The notes beneath the pieces were generated by a model, which was given only the letters and a program-made list of their open reading frames with translations, ran no database searches and was not told the DNA's origin. Below, piece by piece: positions 63,801 through 64,000 of a stretch of DNA of 64,000 bases. The stretch is taken from the UHGV virus genome UHGV-0038492; one strand, written 5' to 3'. A program made the translations under genes and the position numbers. Source of the stretch: a virus. How positions within the stretch are numbered: position 1 is the stretch's first letter; every line of letters begins with the position of its first letter.

Positions 63801-63856
63801 CGGTTTTAGACGTTACGTTAACGATAGAAGACGATGCATTAAAACCAGAGCAATAA
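60851..63856 (+). CDS. large hypothetical protein (1001 aa), Trp/Tyr-rich, possibly a carbohydrate-active or receptor-binding virion protein
   Basis: Very long ORF directly after the two small genes; aromatic-rich segments (GYCHMYIATKDERWLDAAKRAWDAY) suggest an alpha-helical-toroid sugar-binding fold; weak inference. Confidence 0.6.
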   Translation: MRKHFQRHAISYALSLAYGHQSFVTRNTGTTHDAHNEHYIQNEEGVLSNNRHFIADTMAEYQPNGDATTEGQSLHVIGYCHMYIATKDERWLDAAKRAWDAYNTYFYVGQPIPTTPQRRICNWLVNGKEPVLAHYPIHPTEPTQGGYKSVPVRFTNGQCKIPHGAPFWGEYLDTFTFAHRGHPAWEAINADVQIIKEDKEGSINWEDVLTHVITNPDKPYEAKAWVDWPTLLNNATGYTPLWGGSATKAPKHDVDWIIAWTGNKIQDSEIIETGLADADKGTVQLKDTQLNGVYLINYAVKLPVEHGGYEFKRNEPWHNRPVHTPFLGSKNQYGNAADAELWFIDACYLLWRITGEEKYKQALDCTFYTAHEYTYIDAVDKFFRRSTAAETPFTDGISYDFNYPDTVSATYGRDENGDITIHVPEAAQHFMEQKAVRFRINKDSKLRVTYGGVCKNGDPVYCKAMVNINPVKADTEEVNWYGLTLPRSTVNTVKQYDVDLGQLARISTPEGEDYLIADDRACSDYGGCTWEERFEDSIYDGRAGTVIEAEFPDDGAGFIIGFWLTAEEKVKPVSIVYRADADFNLRLADSDKWRWWWMLPNTNNEWRQVTLNPDDATLSSYQPDHTDDDPKPAAPNFDKVDQVTILPDSTVDHAHFAYYCVNDVPPLFNKDDGYILTFRIGLRGGGEFDAKVGDCTIKDYRLDSLAYCPGTIPFSNNYSEGSEQLGAWHGMPYPGYQYPFMYTIHKDDRYKLWLDNQIQFMYDSQLAYQRQLGELGPGCAAYIWNRWDNYTYGEADTWTTFHWSDDHPWPGYQPRAFHAACRCWYELKLRGKEVPEALTSYIENWVNWLGGFVDRFNGHTPNEFPTAPNKPVWVEDDFNAHMCALWLAGCCWALLAGATNPNYDKVVNAAIKELGEGFTITSIPNKPINGAWSPAARESSDNGMAFGFYSGEAFRALGLYVTYKTYGANANIYRDLAITDHSQAVLDVTLTIEDDALKPEQ

Positions 63857-63936
63857 TAACCCGCTTATAAAAAAAATATTGGGGGGGGGGTAAGCTACTC
63901 CCCCCGATCTTTAGCTCCCGATAGAGAACTTAATAT

Positions 63937-64000
63937 CATGGCAAAAGCGGTAAAGAAAATACGATTACATAATCTTAGACCATATACCGGTGATATCGGT
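63937..64000 (+). CDS. hypothetical protein, N-terminal fragment (runs off window)
   Basis: ATG 63937 opens a frame to the window end (MAKAVKKIRLHNLRPYTGDIG); weak RBS. Confidence 0.3.

Noticed and set aside
1-64000. CRISPR arrays, tRNA/rRNA genes, integrase, transposase or insertion sequence
   Set aside because: No regularly spaced direct repeats, no tRNA-like cloverleaf with a GTTCRANYC T-loop in any intergenic region inspected, and no recombinase or transposase motifs in the translations. A tRNA scan by software would be needed to be certain.

Overview
This 64 kb window reads as a densely packed double-stranded DNA phage genome segment, most likely from a phiKZ-like jumbo myovirus of an enterobacterial host; that assignment is from reading the sequence and memory, not from a database search. 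About 80 CDS are called, mostly on the + strand, with three minus-strand blocks (333-2113, 5698-9956, 24942-26504, 34710-37379). Calls supported by motifs I could read directly: dihydrofolate reductase, Dam adenine methyltransferase, thymidylate kinase, three GNAT acetyltransferases, a RuvC-like resolvase, an M48-like zinc metalloprotease, a family-B polymerase-type exonuclease domain protein and an XRE-type helix-turn-helix protein. A 761 aa codon-optimised protein is called as the major capsid protein and an 889 aa minus-strand protein as a candidate portal. More than 20 hairpin plus T-run terminators punctuate the region, several of them bidirectional or in near-identical families. The most notable unexplained structure is a conserved ~40 bp AT-rich box plus palindrome element present five times, one copy directly upstream of the HTH gene. 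Other points worth follow-up are a tandem pair of abundant paralogs sharing a 41 nt identical core, and a 41-60 kb accessory block (GNATs, Dam, an acidic DNA-mimic candidate, SLOG-like and DUF488-like proteins). No tRNA, rRNA, CRISPR array, integrase or transposase was found. Most products remain hypothetical because no similarity search could be run.
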